Positions 45,524 through 56,788 of a DNA stretch of 64,000 bases are shown piece after piece (within the stretch, counting starts at the first letter, position 1; every line of letters starts with the position of its first letter). Below the pieces are notes generated by a model, which worked only from the letters and a program-made list of their open reading frames with translations, made no database searches and was not told where the DNA came from. The stretch is from a virus. A program made the position numbers and the translations under genes. The stretch is from the IMG/VR virus record IMGVR_UViG_3300023276_001086, positions 1 to 64,000 of that record, one strand, 5' to 3'.

Positions 45524-48500
45524 ATCGACCTCGACAACGAAATGTAGCTGGCGCCCTCAGAGGTAGTCCCATCGTCATCTGGGATCAGCGCAGACATCCT
45601 GCCACTCGAGATCTGGTCAACCGACCGCTCTGTGATAATCGTCCTGTCTCGCTGGTGACCAATGCCGAGCAGTACGACCGGGTGCGTGACCTTCGTCGCC
45701 CCAGTGGTGCGAATGGTGTTGGCCATGTCATCCACCTCGAGCATGTTCTCCGGGAGGATGGCGTCTATGAGCGCGACAAGATCAGCGCGTACATCGTCCT
45801 CTGTCCCGCCGCTACGGTACTCGATGGCGGCCCGAACAAAGATGGGCAGCAAAGACTTCGCCAACGGACTCGAGACCAGCACCCGGTTCTGCGGGTCGCG
45901 CATGTAGTCGTGAACCCGCTCAACGATGGGGTCACGCTCGTAGACAATCTGAATACTCCTGCCTGAGAGCTCCTGCTTCTCCCCAGGGTCGTCGTCTGAC
46001 CCAACAACGAGGATACGTGGGCTGATGCCCAGCCAGGGCTTCTCTGCCATCGAGTAGGACGTGTCGTCGTCCTCCGTGGTGATCTCCCACCCCTCCGAGC
46101 CGTAACCCACGACAGTGGCCTGAAGGTCATCAGCGATATTCCAGAGGTTGCCGTACCCCTGCGAGATACACTCGAGGTCGAAGTAGTAAAGCCCGTTCTC
46201 GTCCACCTGGTCGGCCATGGTAGTCGAGGTAATGCGCTGCCTACCAAAACGCTCGATATGCAGATAGTGGCCGAGCTCGTCAATGATGGCCCCGCCCAGA
46301 AGCGCCCCAGCCGTCCAGGACGTACCAGCAAGATCCGTAATACTGATGGGCCCCGTCGCCCCACCAAAGACAGTGCTGATGAGGTAGAACCCCTTCTCCG
46401 GGGAATCATTATTCGTCTCGGCGTTCGGCCCCGCCCCGCCTGAAAACACCCCGTCGACAAGCCAAGTGTTCCAGGTTTGCCTCGCGACTCCGAAAATAGT
46501 ATCCGTGGCGTCACTCCCCGCGCCCAAGTTACTACGGATGGTGATACTCCGGTCAGCCCGAAGCATGAGATAAAATTCACCGGGCCCGCTCGGGTTCTCG
46601 AACTTAGATGCTACAGCTACGCTGAGTTGCGCATTGATCTGCGCAATGATGGTATCGGTGTCGAGAGACGTACCCGAGAAGGTCACCGTCTCGGTACCGT
46701 TACCCACATCAATCAACACCGTAGCCCCATCCAACGTGAGGTACGGTCCGCCGGCCGCCAAGTCCACTGACCCCACGAGGGGGGCGTAGGTAATCTCGAG
46801 ACGATCCCCCTCAGCGACGCCGTAGAGGGGCACATCGAGAGCTACAGCACCACCGAGCTCGAACGGCGCCAAGAGGACGTCAAGTGCCGCCCAACCTGCC
46901 GTTGGCGTGGCGGTATCTGATGGAAGAATCTCATCCAACACTTCAGGGTCGGGACGGAAGTTGAGACTCGTGGCACCGAGCTCGACCGAGAGCAACGCCG
47001 AAGCGTAGGTCGCCTCAAACGTCACGGGGTCGAGAAAATAGAGACGGAACGATCCGTAGCTCGGCGGACCAATCTCATACTCCATATCCGCAGGACTCAC
47101 AGTGGGCCAACGGACGGTGCTGGTCAGCTGAAGTAAGTCGACAGTAGCAAGAAGACCGTGCGTGCCTACCGCCAGCACCGTGTAGTAGCCCTGATTATCC
47201 GTAGTGTTGATGTTGACGATATCCCCGGCACGAACGCCGAGAGCGTACAAATCCTCCCCCGTGGCGACGCCATCCTCGTCAACCATCTGAAGGGTATCTG
47301 TGTCAGCCGCGGCCGCGTTCAAGTAGGTATTCTGTGAAATGGAAACGTTGGTCCCAACCTTCGCTTCTCGCCCAGGGTTCTGGAAACTGCTGGACTGCAC
47401 GTCCACTGGGTGGCGATAAGGCACGTAAGCCCCAGTTGGGTCAAGGTTGCTGTCGAGCAACTCCACAGTCTTGACGCGCAACAACGGCAGCTCGACACCA
47501 TCCTGCTTACGGTAGATCTCGTAACCAAGTGGTGAGCTCGAAGTCGTCATGATTGTGTCGATGGTGAGTTGATTACCGCTCACCCCGCTGCTCACGATCC
47601 CGTACTCACCAGCGTCGTCCCCCTCCAAAATCCTCACATAATCGGTGTCGACCACCCCCACAGCGGCGAAGGTCGGTGCGGCACTAACGGTCTCTACGAT
47701 AGGGAGACCTGCGACGGTAAGAAGATCCTCACCCTCGAACCTCACCTCACGTGGATCAGTCAGATCGATATCGATATCATCGACCAGCAAATAGGATAGA
47801 TCAGTAACGGTACCCGGAGCAGTCATGGTCTCAGATAAGCGAACCAGCGCCCCGGGCCCGACCCACGATTTCTCCAGTACGCGGTAAGATCCAGCGTCCG
47901 TACCCTCCTCGATAACCAGACTGGTCCGCCCAGGCACGATGTTGTCGTACTCGACCTCTAATAGATCATTCAGGGTGACTACACCCGGAGAAGCATCATC
48001 AGTCTGGGCGTCTTCGCGCCGTGCAATGACATCCTCATCCGCCACCAAACTCAATGCCAGCGAGTTCTCCTCGATGTCCCCACCGCGCACGTAGATATCC
48101 GCACAACCCCCAACGTGAATCTCGTTACTTGGGATGGTCAGCGTCTCACCGTTCGTAACATCCGGGAAAAGAATGCCCCCGGGGATATCTGAAAGGGTGA
48201 TAGTAGACGCAGTTCGAATGGTCCAGTGACCCTCCAGCGGCGTCACAACCCCATCGGGGAGCGAGGTATCGCCATCGTACTGAGATGCGATACTTAGCTG
48301 GGCGGCCCCCATGACTTCGCCGAGAATGAACTCGTGGGGGACGATAGCGACACCATCGTTGTACCAGACCTCAAGAGAGTAGCCCGACAGGTCCGTACCA
48401 ATGGGTCCGAGAGCTACCGTGAAATCTATTGAGGGGACCGTCACGTCGAAGAGTGTGGTCCAGTTATCCAACGCAGCCGTGGGACTCGTACTACCGTCTG

Positions 48501-49383
48501 CCCCGGAATGGAGCACGGGACCGAGACTCCCACCGACAATCACGTCACGGTGCATCTCCTCGTCGTTGAACCCAATGGCTTGGATAATAGTGAGGTCGCT
48601 GAACTCTGCCTTGAGGGCGGCCACCATACCGGGGAACGTCGTGGCGGAACGCTCACCCATGGAGCTCTCACCGCGGTCGATGAACTCTGCGGTGGTCTCT
48701 TCACGAACACCCGGCGTAGCCTTGGCCAGGTTTGTGGCCCGTGTCGCAGCCGTCAGCCCAGTAACACCGATGATCTGTGACGCACCAATGTTGTAAGCCG
48801 TACCCGGTCGCTCGGCCTGGTAGTTGACATCAAAGTAGTAGAGGCCGCTCGAGTCAATGTTGAACAACATCTCCTCGGCGTTGATGCTCTGCGCCTGGGC
48901 CGGGAGATAACGCAAACCGTTGGCCGTATAACCAACGTTGGTCGTGCCGATGTTCGCCGACAACGGATTCTGGAAGTAGATACGAATCTTGACCCGGGCG
49001 TACCCGCCCAACGTCCGCGTCATGAAGAAGTTCGCCATGAGGCGATCAGCCTCAACTGACGTAAGCTGCTCGGGGTTAGCCAGCGAAAGCTGCCGCGAGA
49101 CACTACGGAACTCTCGACGAAGCGGCTCAAGGAGCGTGACCATTGGCTTGACGAACAAGTCAGCCAGTGCTCCCCCCTCCTCCACGAACAGCTGCGGGTG
49201 CTCCTGCTGAAGACGGGTCAGGATATAACTGAGCGTATCCGTCTCGAAAGGGTCCGGCTCTAGCCGCGCCACAAGCGGCTCTATCACCTGCACCGATGCC
49301 GGGGCGCCCCTATCCGTGTTGATAGTGGGGTCCATGGCCCGCAGGCGCTCCTGAATAAAGAGTCTCCAGCTGTCGATCGCCAT
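45520..49383 (-). CDS. Baseplate wedge protein (baseplate J/gp6-like, extended)
   Basis: 1287 aa; AERPGTAYNI, NLAKATPGVREETTAEF..R, GGCADIYV. Confidence 0.75.
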   Translation of the reverse strand: MAIDSWRLFIQERLRAMDPTINTDRGAPASVQVIEPLVARLEPDPFETDTLSYILTRLQQEHPQLFVEEGGALADLFVKPMVTLLEPLRREFRSVSRQLSLANPEQLTSVEADRLMANFFMTRTLGGYARVKIRIYFQNPLSANIGTTNVGYTANGLRYLPAQAQSINAEEMLFNIDSSGLYYFDVNYQAERPGTAYNIGASQIIGVTGLTAATRATNLAKATPGVREETTAEFIDRGESSMGERSATTFPGMVAALKAEFSDLTIIQAIGFNDEEMHRDVIVGGSLGPVLHSGADGSTSPTAALDNWTTLFDVTVPSIDFTVALGPIGTDLSGYSLEVWYNDGVAIVPHEFILGEVMGAAQLSIASQYDGDTSLPDGVVTPLEGHWTIRTASTITLSDIPGGILFPDVTNGETLTIPSNEIHVGGCADIYVRGGDIEENSLALSLVADEDVIARREDAQTDDASPGVVTLNDLLEVEYDNIVPGRTSLVIEEGTDAGSYRVLEKSWVGPGALVRLSETMTAPGTVTDLSYLLVDDIDIDLTDPREVRFEGEDLLTVAGLPIVETVSAAPTFAAVGVVDTDYVRILEGDDAGEYGIVSSGVSGNQLTIDTIMTTSSSPLGYEIYRKQDGVELPLLRVKTVELLDSNLDPTGAYVPYRHPVDVQSSSFQNPGREAKVGTNVSISQNTYLNAAAADTDTLQMVDEDGVATGEDLYALGVRAGDIVNINTTDNQGYYTVLAVGTHGLLATVDLLQLTSTVRWPTVSPADMEYEIGPPSYGSFRLYFLDPVTFEATYASALLSVELGATSLNFRPDPEVLDEILPSDTATPTAGWAALDVLLAPFELGGAVALDVPLYGVAEGDRLEITYAPLVGSVDLAAGGPYLTLDGATVLIDVGNGTETVTFSGTSLDTDTIIAQINAQLSVAVASKFENPSGPGEFYLMLRADRSITIRSNLGAGSDATDTIFGVARQTWNTWLVDGVFSGGAGPNAETNNDSPEKGFYLISTVFGGATGPISITDLAGTSWTAGALLGGAIIDELGHYLHIERFGRQRITSTTMADQVDENGLYYFDLECISQGYGNLWNIADDLQATVVGYGSEGWEITTEDDDTSYSMAEKPWLGISPRILVVGSDDDPGEKQELSGRSIQIVYERDPIVERVHDYMRDPQNRVLVSSPLAKSLLPIFVRAAIEYRSGGTEDDVRADLVALIDAILPENMLEVDDMANTIRTTGATKVTHPVVLLGIGHQRDRTIITERSVDQISSGRMSALIPDDDGTTSEGASYISLSRSI

Positions 49384-49385
49384 GA

Positions 49386-50039
49386 CTACAACCCCAACCC
49401 AACTACCGAACCGTTGCCGGCCTGATTTCCAATAGAAATTCGCCCCTCGAGGGTGAGGGTCTCCGGAAGAAATCGGGCCTCGGTCACCCTCGCATAAAGC
49501 AACCGCTCAGTCATACTCAGCCTTGGGTTATTGGCTTGGAGAGACATGATCTGTCGCCGAGATTCGTCAGCAGCCCTCTTGAAATCCGCGACCAGTGTCC
49601 CGCTGTTCGGCCGCTTGACGAGCTGCCCAACGGCCCGAAGAAGCCCACCACCGATCTTAGGAGAAAATGCGTCGGTACCAGGAGACTGAAGCATGATTTT
49701 CAAAAACGTCTGGATGAGTCTGGTGAACCCGTCAACCGTACCTGGCGTATCTGTGAGCCCGAAAGTGATGAAGCTCCTGTCGGTTCTCGTAAGCCGGTTA
49801 CTGGTCACGACAACGGAACGAATGGACTGCCCCACCTGCCCGGACGGGATCTGCGCAAGAAGCTCACGACTAGATGTGATGATAACGTCCGGGGACTTCA
49901 CTTCATTGATGAGCACATCCTGCGCAGAGTTGAAATCTACGCCCCCAACTGCCAGAGTCGGCGGGTTTGATCCCGCCACATGCGCCACCTGAGTGAGCTT
50001 GAGAATATCCCGAATCTCTATGAACTGAAGGTCAACCAT
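49386..50039 (-). CDS. gp25-like baseplate protein with N-terminal Ig/IPT-like domain
   Basis: GFTRLIQTFLKIMLQSPGTDAFSPKIGGGL..ERL; directly upstream of the J-like gene. Confidence 0.7.
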   Translation of the reverse strand: MVDLQFIEIRDILKLTQVAHVAGSNPPTLAVGGVDFNSAQDVLINEVKSPDVIITSSRELLAQIPSGQVGQSIRSVVVTSNRLTRTDRSFITFGLTDTPGTVDGFTRLIQTFLKIMLQSPGTDAFSPKIGGGLLRAVGQLVKRPNSGTLVADFKRAADESRRQIMSLQANNPRLSMTERLLYARVTEARFLPETLTLEGRISIGNQAGNGSVVGLGL

Positions 50040-50385
50040 CGTCCCCTACAGCTTCCACGTCCGGACCTGAACCATCTTCTCTGGTGTTGGTCGCCTGGGA
50101 GGAGTCACTACGGAGTTCAAACGCACTGGCTGGCATCCGACGAGCCTGCGCAACGGCATCGAGCACATCATGCTTCATTGATCGAATAGCACCGAGCTTG
50201 GAAGGACGAATCGCGCTCACGTCCTCCTCAATGTCCTGAATGGCCCGCGCAATCGTGTGCTCAAAGGTAGCGGCTGACACCCCTTCGGTAACCTCGCTGC
50301 CCCTCACAAAAGCGAAGCCCTGCGCCAGCACCTGTCGAATGTTGTCGGTCGACGCCTCGTTCTTACGCTCTTCTTCCGTCGTCAT
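50032..50385 (-). CDS. Hypothetical protein
   Basis: 117 aa; overlaps neighbours. Confidence 0.65.
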   Translation of the reverse strand: MTTEEERKNEASTDNIRQVLAQGFAFVRGSEVTEGVSAATFEHTIARAIQDIEEDVSAIRPSKLGAIRSMKHDVLDAVAQARRMPASAFELRSDSSQATNTREDGSGPDVEAVGDDG

Positions 50386-53372
50386 GTGCCTTCACGCTCG
50401 TTGACCCCGTGATAGTAATCTATCATCGTGTCCTCTGGGGGTTCCTCCTCAAAATCAGAGAAGTCATAATCAGGATGCTTATCCTCCTCCCAGGACTGGC
50501 GCAAACGAACAAATTCCGAGTCAAACCGGGCCTTAGCCCGACTACCGCGATTGACATCCTGCACTACGAATTCGTTCGCAGCAGCCTGAAATGCCTTGCT
50601 GAACGACGCGTTACCGGCTGTCGCGGCGAAGAACGTAGTGAACTCTCCCGTGATCAACATTTGCCGAGCTCGATCAAAGCCGTGCTCGAGCAGAGCCTGC
50701 AAAGCGGAATCCGCCGCAGCGATGGCCGACACGAAAAACGCATCGAGGATCGTCGTCAAGTCCGCCAGCTTGCTCTTCAGCATAGACACTCTGGTGTACG
50801 CCGTGTTTACCCTATCCCGACTCGGGGTCACCAGCAGGATGGGGCCCAACGCCCTATCAATCCAACTCAAGTCCTCCCCGAATGGCGGAAGCGTACCGGC
50901 CACCCAAAGATCCAAAGTGTCTATGAATGTCTGGTACATGACGAACGCCCCAGACTGAATACTGAACCCCTCCACACTAAGCGCGAACGAGGGATCGAGA
51001 CTGGGGGATACGACCAGCACACCATCGCCGAGCTGGGCAGTAGAAGTGATCGTAGCCTGCTCCGCGCTAATACCGTCCAGCACCAAGTCCCCAACACGGA
51101 TATGAAGACGTGACACATCAAGCGCCCGCCACCCGTAAACGGGATCCCGGTACTCGAGCTCGAGCTCGTTGACCATGGCAGTGTGGGTGATACCGTCGAG
51201 ACCCAAAAGGTCACGAGCCGAGTCAGTGGGATGGTCAAGCTCAACCACCCCAGTTAGCCCAGCATCCAGGGACGTAATCTCGAGGACCTCATGGTAGACC
51301 ACAACCGTGTGCATCAGATCCGCTGTGTTGTCCCTGAGCCTCCTGCTGAGGGTCAGCTCAACCGAGCTGGCGCCCGAGTTCCAGGCGTACCCGGCGAGCT
51401 GGTAGGCACCCCGGTTGTCCCCGCTGGCGACGTTGACCTTCAATTCAGCAAAGGCCGGCCAGTCCCCGGTGGGGTCCGCCGTGACTGGAATAGACAAAAC
51501 CGTATCGCTGTCACGCACCGCCCGACCGGAATTGAGAACATCCTGACGCAGCATCCGGGCAACTGCGTCGACCGAGAAAGTGCTGTCATTGTTGAGCATG
51601 TTGACGAGCGCGGCCCCGGAGACGTCAGCCTCTCGTGACTCCTGGTGTCGAGTGAGGCCGATTGTGCTCAGACATCGCGCGCTGGGGGTACCGGCAACAT
51701 CACCCAGTATTGTGATGATCGAACCTTCGCCATCGAGCTCGGAGGTTATCGACACACGATCCCCAGAAGTACTCGCCGTAAACCCAGCCCCGCCAGCGTC
51801 GTCGATTGCGTAGGCCACCGTGTCCACGGTACCTACTGGACCAGCTGGGACGAGATAGTCTGGCCAATCCCCCTCCGGAAGATCGACTGCAACAAAGGCT
51901 GGATCATCGTTAGCCTTGATCCATATTTCGCTATTTCCGTCCCAACCAGTCGACCTCGTAGCAGGTGTGCTGCCCCCGTCCCCGGAGTACCAAGGTGCGA
52001 GACCAGAAGCATAAGAGAAGCCATTGGTCACTACCATGCTCCTCTGCGCGTAACTGGTCGGAGGCGACACCACGCTGTAGGCGATACTGACCTCATTCGC
52101 GCCCGTCACGGTTACAGTAATCTCAGGTCGAATACTGTCCGTCCACATGGCGACGTTATCCAGATCCGTCTGGATCTGCGCCCCAGTCCTCGTCCCAGTA
52201 TTGAGCTCGCACTCGTAATGAGTCCCATCCACGGCAATATGGAACATCTCAGTTCCAGCGGCGATGGTGAAGTCCCCCACCTTCGATACGAGCGGCCACG
52301 GGACTACCAAGTCAGGACCAATAGCAAAGTCTCCCGCCACGCTCCCCATAACCGTAGCGGCCTTGATACCGGAATGGTACGACGGCGAACTCACAGGAAA
52401 GAGATCTGCAACAAGCGGGGATCCATTCAGGTCCGAGAAGCTCAACAGGTTCGTAGGCAACAAGGCCGCCGAATCGTAAAGCGGGTAGGGCGCACTGATG
52501 GTACCCGTAGCAACCGGAGCCGTACCCTCACCATGAGCGGTGAGCCGATACAGGGGGTCCGACGATACCAACTGGGAGAACTTGGCCGTCCCGGGGATAG
52601 GCAGGGTGGCCAGTGCCTTGACCACACTCTCATTGGCCAGCAGTGTCAGGAGGGCCTGCCGCGCCTGGAGGATGCGCTCCTCGCCCGTCAAGCCCTCAAG
52701 CACCTCGTACAAGTCGTCAAGCTGACTGAAGGCACGCAGTACTTGTCGCTGACCTACCCTAGAAGACAACTTCCCACTGGTGAACTCCGACAGCGCCGAC
52801 TGAATACTACCCACACTAGAGAGAAGTCGCGTGTGCTCATCCTTCAGGCTGGCAAAACTGGTGGACACATCGACCTTCGCCTCACCGGAGGGTCGAACGA
52901 TATCGGTCACAGGCGCTGTCGACCCACGCGGAACAAAAGTCATCTTGACTGTACGGGAGAGCTCCCTCTTAGCCCGAGTCAGCGCCTGCTGGTAACGACG
53001 GTACTCCGAACCAGCGAGACTCCCACTCCGAGACAAGGAGGAGTCCATAGCCTGCAAACTGTTGCGCGCACTAGCGATAGAGGACACATCGTTGACAGGT
53101 CGGTTCGGCATGGCCAGGTCGTCAATAGCGTCGAGGAGGTCGTCACACAACGCGTCCTCTGCATTGATGATTTGCTTGATGCCGTTACGGGCTAGGTAGA
53201 TCAGGTAGAAGACGACATCGGGGTCGTACAAGAGAACGGAGTAAACAATCTCCATGATCTCCGTGAACTCGGTCGCAGTATCGAGAGGTCCCAGAGAGTC
53301 CTGCTGGAAAGACAGGGTTCCCTGGACCAACGACCCAACAGCTGCTGATTTCTCGTCACTGCTGTAGCTCAC
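50382..53372 (-). CDS. Large virion structural protein
   Basis: 996 aa; helical termini with beta-rich middle; baseplate context. Confidence 0.65.
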   Translation of the reverse strand: MSYSSDEKSAAVGSLVQGTLSFQQDSLGPLDTATEFTEIMEIVYSVLLYDPDVVFYLIYLARNGIKQIINAEDALCDDLLDAIDDLAMPNRPVNDVSSIASARNSLQAMDSSLSRSGSLAGSEYRRYQQALTRAKRELSRTVKMTFVPRGSTAPVTDIVRPSGEAKVDVSTSFASLKDEHTRLLSSVGSIQSALSEFTSGKLSSRVGQRQVLRAFSQLDDLYEVLEGLTGEERILQARQALLTLLANESVVKALATLPIPGTAKFSQLVSSDPLYRLTAHGEGTAPVATGTISAPYPLYDSAALLPTNLLSFSDLNGSPLVADLFPVSSPSYHSGIKAATVMGSVAGDFAIGPDLVVPWPLVSKVGDFTIAAGTEMFHIAVDGTHYECELNTGTRTGAQIQTDLDNVAMWTDSIRPEITVTVTGANEVSIAYSVVSPPTSYAQRSMVVTNGFSYASGLAPWYSGDGGSTPATRSTGWDGNSEIWIKANDDPAFVAVDLPEGDWPDYLVPAGPVGTVDTVAYAIDDAGGAGFTASTSGDRVSITSELDGEGSIITILGDVAGTPSARCLSTIGLTRHQESREADVSGAALVNMLNNDSTFSVDAVARMLRQDVLNSGRAVRDSDTVLSIPVTADPTGDWPAFAELKVNVASGDNRGAYQLAGYAWNSGASSVELTLSRRLRDNTADLMHTVVVYHEVLEITSLDAGLTGVVELDHPTDSARDLLGLDGITHTAMVNELELEYRDPVYGWRALDVSRLHIRVGDLVLDGISAEQATITSTAQLGDGVLVVSPSLDPSFALSVEGFSIQSGAFVMYQTFIDTLDLWVAGTLPPFGEDLSWIDRALGPILLVTPSRDRVNTAYTRVSMLKSKLADLTTILDAFFVSAIAAADSALQALLEHGFDRARQMLITGEFTTFFAATAGNASFSKAFQAAANEFVVQDVNRGSRAKARFDSEFVRLRQSWEEDKHPDYDFSDFEEEPPEDTMIDYYHGVNEREGT

Positions 53373-53724
53373 GTTTCTTCTTCCTCACAGCCGCCAACAC
53401 AGTCTTGAGCTCCCCGAAACCCTCACCCCTGAGTTCCCAAACTGTTCTGGCAACTTGGTCATGATCCAGGTGGAGAATATCACAGACCCAGACAAAGCTC
53501 ATGGGCTGGTCCGCATCATCCGGGGAGATCCGAAAGATCCAGCTGAAGGAAGTATCGTAGAGCTTCTTACGCTGCTGAAGGCTACAGTCTTGGTAGGTGT
53601 ACAGATCCCGTAACGTGCGGAGCAGTATGCTCCAACACATGGTCCTCAACGACTCGAGGTCCCTTTGGGCCTCCCAGCTGTGCTGGTCCCACTCATCCTC
53701 GAAGTCCCGCTTGAGCGCAATCAT
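53356..53724 (-). CDS. Hypothetical phage protein
   Basis: 122 aa; W..IL.R...D, WIF, FVWVCDILHLD. Confidence 0.7.
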   Translation of the reverse strand: MIALKRDFEDEWDQHSWEAQRDLESLRTMCWSILLRTLRDLYTYQDCSLQQRKKLYDTSFSWIFRISPDDADQPMSFVWVCDILHLDHDQVARTVWELRGEGFGELKTVLAAVRKKKRELQQ

Positions 53725-54674
53725 GTCACTGTAATGGCGAGCGCCGTATAGGTCACGGGCTGGTCGGGGAAGGTCACTATGCTGGTGTCGGACCTGGTTG
53801 CCTCGATAGTCGTAGCTCCCGAAGCTACACCCATGATTCGGAGTGTTCCGTCCTCCTGGAGCTGCACAGTGGCCACACCAACGTCACTGCTAGTGAAAAC
53901 CACATCCCGGTCCAGTGGATCCAGAGTCTGCCCATCGGAAGACATGATGGTCAACACCACATCGGAATAGGCACTCACGGCTACGGAGAGTGGGTTGGGT
54001 ACGAAGGTGATCTCGGAGACCACCGGGAAGAGCAAATCGAGCAAACTCACCGAAGACGCATCGGGTACCTTGATCACCCGACGTGAGTGGGCAAAGCCCT
54101 GCACCAACGCAGAAACCTCAGCAACGCGGTACAGATCGATCTCGACGTAGCCATCGGCATCAGTACGAGTGATGATCTTGTCCCCCATGACGCCGATACC
54201 GTCAACGACCAGGGGACTGAGGTCCGCTTGATCCTCGTTGTAGCAAACGGGAATGAAGTGGATATCCATGTTGGCTAGCGGCCGACCAGACATGTCGACA
54301 AAGTACCCCGAGCAACGACACATGCGGGGATCCGTCGCCGTCGGCAACGACCTGGTCTGCCCTTGAACCGAGAAGTAGTTAGTCCCTGTCGGTGACCCGG
54401 CCGCCGGCGAGTAGACATCAATAGACTGGGGCGTCTTGCTATCATCCCCAAGCAAGCCGTCGAAAGACACACCGGTCTTGCTCATGCGAATGGTGTACAC
54501 CTCCGGAACAACCTCACCATTGAGCATCAGCTCGCAGTAAGACTCCCCACCAGAGAGGGCAGTGGTGTTCTGCGTAACAAAAACGTCAAGAGAGTCATAG
54601 GCCTGCACGAGAACACCCTCGAGAGGGGCGTCGACCTCATCAACTGCGTAGACTCGGACTGTCTCAATAGCCAT
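53721..54674 (-). CDS. Structural protein with C-terminal Ig-like (Big_2) domain
   Basis: VVFTSSDVGVATV....GVASGATTIEA. Confidence 0.7.
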   Translation of the reverse strand: MAIETVRVYAVDEVDAPLEGVLVQAYDSLDVFVTQNTTALSGGESYCELMLNGEVVPEVYTIRMSKTGVSFDGLLGDDSKTPQSIDVYSPAAGSPTGTNYFSVQGQTRSLPTATDPRMCRCSGYFVDMSGRPLANMDIHFIPVCYNEDQADLSPLVVDGIGVMGDKIITRTDADGYVEIDLYRVAEVSALVQGFAHSRRVIKVPDASSVSLLDLLFPVVSEITFVPNPLSVAVSAYSDVVLTIMSSDGQTLDPLDRDVVFTSSDVGVATVQLQEDGTLRIMGVASGATTIEATRSDTSIVTFPDQPVTYTALAITVT

Positions 54675-55000
54675 TAGCCGTGGAAGCCCTTCAGCTCCGT
54701 GCCCAGCCGACTGTTGTTTACCGCCGCCTGCTGGATATGTGCCGCCTGAATGCCGCCCCCACCGCCGCCCATCGTCAACATTGGGCTCACCCCAGACCCA
54801 GCCAGGCTCATCCGAAGCTGCGCGTTTGAATTAGCGCGCATCTGCTGAAGATTACCCTCCTGGGACATCCGCTCCCGCGTGTGCCGATTCTCACGACCAG
54901 CCAGCATAGTCGTAGTCCGGAGCTCATCCATTTTAGCTTCCCGAGTCGCCCGCCGGGCCAGCGCAAAAAGGGCACCGATAGTAAAAGCCTTACCCAGCAT
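54674..55000 (-). CDS. Hypothetical protein
   Basis: 108 aa; 1-nt overlaps on both sides. Confidence 0.65.
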   Translation of the reverse strand: MLGKAFTIGALFALARRATREAKMDELRTTTMLAGRENRHTRERMSQEGNLQQMRANSNAQLRMSLAGSGVSPMLTMGGGGGGIQAAHIQQAAVNNSRLGTELKGFHG

Positions 55001-55944
55001 CAGGTCCTCCTCACGGCCGCAGGAATGTCCGGGACCTGAATCTGGAACACATCATCAGCAGCGGCCACCTCACCGAGCACGTCAAACTCCGTCCCTGATG
55101 ACGGCACCGTAATCTGTCTGGTAATCCCAGTACCTGCGATGGACACGTCCACGATCGCCCCCTTGATGAGCATCACTTCGGCGTGCCCAGCAGTATCAGT
55201 GTAAACCGGTACAACCCCGCGTACTACCCCCACGGTATCCACCACGAGCGCGCCGGGTATGTACACAGGATGAAAGGTTATTCTCCTCTCAGCTATCGGC
55301 GAGCCGTCCACAGTCGCGAGATCCAACACTCCCTTGATGAGATAGCTCGCCCCGATGATCGAGCCGATATCACCCTGAATGGGGTCGCTGGTCGTCGACA
55401 CAGCCGCCGTCGAGCTGTTGTAGTACTGCGTCTGATAGTAGTAGCTGGAGTCGCCGCTCTGGTCGTCATACTCGTAGTCGTCCTGCAACGCGACGAGCAG
55501 GATGCGTTCATCCTCACCGTTGTCGATATCGTCCAGCACGAAGCCAAGCTCGGCCAGCGCCGTGCCCCCGGTGATCTCGAGCACCGAACTCGTCCCAGTG
55601 GTGTCGCTCGTGAGCCGAATCGCCCCGCCCTCTTCGGAGGCCGTAAGGCCAGTTGAGTTGTCGTTGATGAAGTCGACGGTGTCGTCGGCGTTGATCGGAT
55701 CAGCTGTAGCGAAGGTGATTGTCTGCTCAGAGCCCTCGTCCACCTTCAACAACAGCGTCAGGGCGTTGAGCGTGAACGAGGCGGTCTCGGTGCTGAGAAT
55801 GGTCGCTTCGGTATCAGCGGCCGCGGTGATCTCCGTATAGGTCCCGCCCTCGCCGTCCTCCGAGCGATAGACACGCATCTGATCGAACAGGGTCATGACG
55901 TTCGCCAGGTTGCCCACGAATATCTTCAGCTTGATGACGGCCAT
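55000..55944 (-). CDS. Virion structural protein
   Basis: 314 aa, acidic and beta-rich; C-terminal part resembles the middle of 53721-54674. Confidence 0.7.
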   Translation of the reverse strand: MAVIKLKIFVGNLANVMTLFDQMRVYRSEDGEGGTYTEITAAADTEATILSTETASFTLNALTLLLKVDEGSEQTITFATADPINADDTVDFINDNSTGLTASEEGGAIRLTSDTTGTSSVLEITGGTALAELGFVLDDIDNGEDERILLVALQDDYEYDDQSGDSSYYYQTQYYNSSTAAVSTTSDPIQGDIGSIIGASYLIKGVLDLATVDGSPIAERRITFHPVYIPGALVVDTVGVVRGVVPVYTDTAGHAEVMLIKGAIVDVSIAGTGITRQITVPSSGTEFDVLGEVAAADDVFQIQVPDIPAAVRRT

Positions 55945-56247
55945 CTACTCCTCCTCCTCCGCCCTTCGGATCGTGGGGGCCAGGTCCTCGGCCGAGAGGA
56001 TGGTCGGTTCACTGGAGCCCGTGGTCTGGTCAGGGCTCTTCGCTCCACGCATCTCCGGCTTGAGCTCCACGCCAGACAGTGTCACAGGTGCCCCGGCCGG
56101 ACCCCCTACTATGGGCGGCACCGTGCAGCGCAAGGTGGGCCGAACCTCTACGGTGGCCACCAGCGTGGGTGCGTCACAGACCTCAACCTCTACCAGCCCT
56201 GAATGGTGCCAGCCGTCAGTAATCGCTGATAGGGCTGTGAGTGCCAT
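55945..56247 (-). CDS. Hypothetical protein
   Basis: 100 aa; coupled to neighbours. Confidence 0.65.
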   Translation of the reverse strand: MALTALSAITDGWHHSGLVEVEVCDAPTLVATVEVRPTLRCTVPPIVGGPAGAPVTLSGVELKPEMRGAKSPDQTTGSSEPTILSAEDLAPTIRRAEEEE

Positions 56248-56786
56248 TACTCCTTCACCAACGTCATCGTCTGCAAGCGGTTCGCCCCATAGTGCAGCGA
56301 GTCCACCAGGTACTCCGCAATCGTCCCAGTCTCAGCCACGCCACCCTCTGTCGAGGCCAGGGTATTGACCTTCGTATCGAAGACGCGAAGACGCGCCGTG
56401 AGCAACATGCTATTCGCGTCGTAGGTACACTTGTCGATCCGCGTGTTCTCCTTGTTGAGCCCGAGGAGCCGGATGATCATGGCGGCCAAGTCGTCGAGGC
56501 CCTCCTGGGTCACGAAGATCTGCTCAGCCTCCCTCGAGTAACTGATGTGCTCGATGCTGTGTGCGGCATCTGCATACACGATGAAGAGGGCCGAGTAGGA
56601 TCCGACACTCGACGGAACCCACGATCCCTCGTACCTCCCCTTGGCGATGTGCGTGAGGTCGACGACAGCGAGCGGGGTGGCATTCCCCGGCTCATAAATC
56701 TCAGCCTGGGGGTACATGCCAACGCCGCCGTCAGGCAGCGCCTCGACAAGCGTCACCGTGCCCCCAACTGTCGCCGGTATCGTCAT
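56247..56786 (-). CDS. Putative structural protein
   Basis: 179 aa; coupled to neighbours. Confidence 0.7.
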   Translation of the reverse strand: MTIPATVGGTVTLVEALPDGGVGMYPQAEIYEPGNATPLAVVDLTHIAKGRYEGSWVPSSVGSYSALFIVYADAAHSIEHISYSREAEQIFVTQEGLDDLAAMIIRLLGLNKENTRIDKCTYDANSMLLTARLRVFDTKVNTLASTEGGVAETGTIAEYLVDSLHYGANRLQTMTLVKE

Positions 56787-56788
56787 CG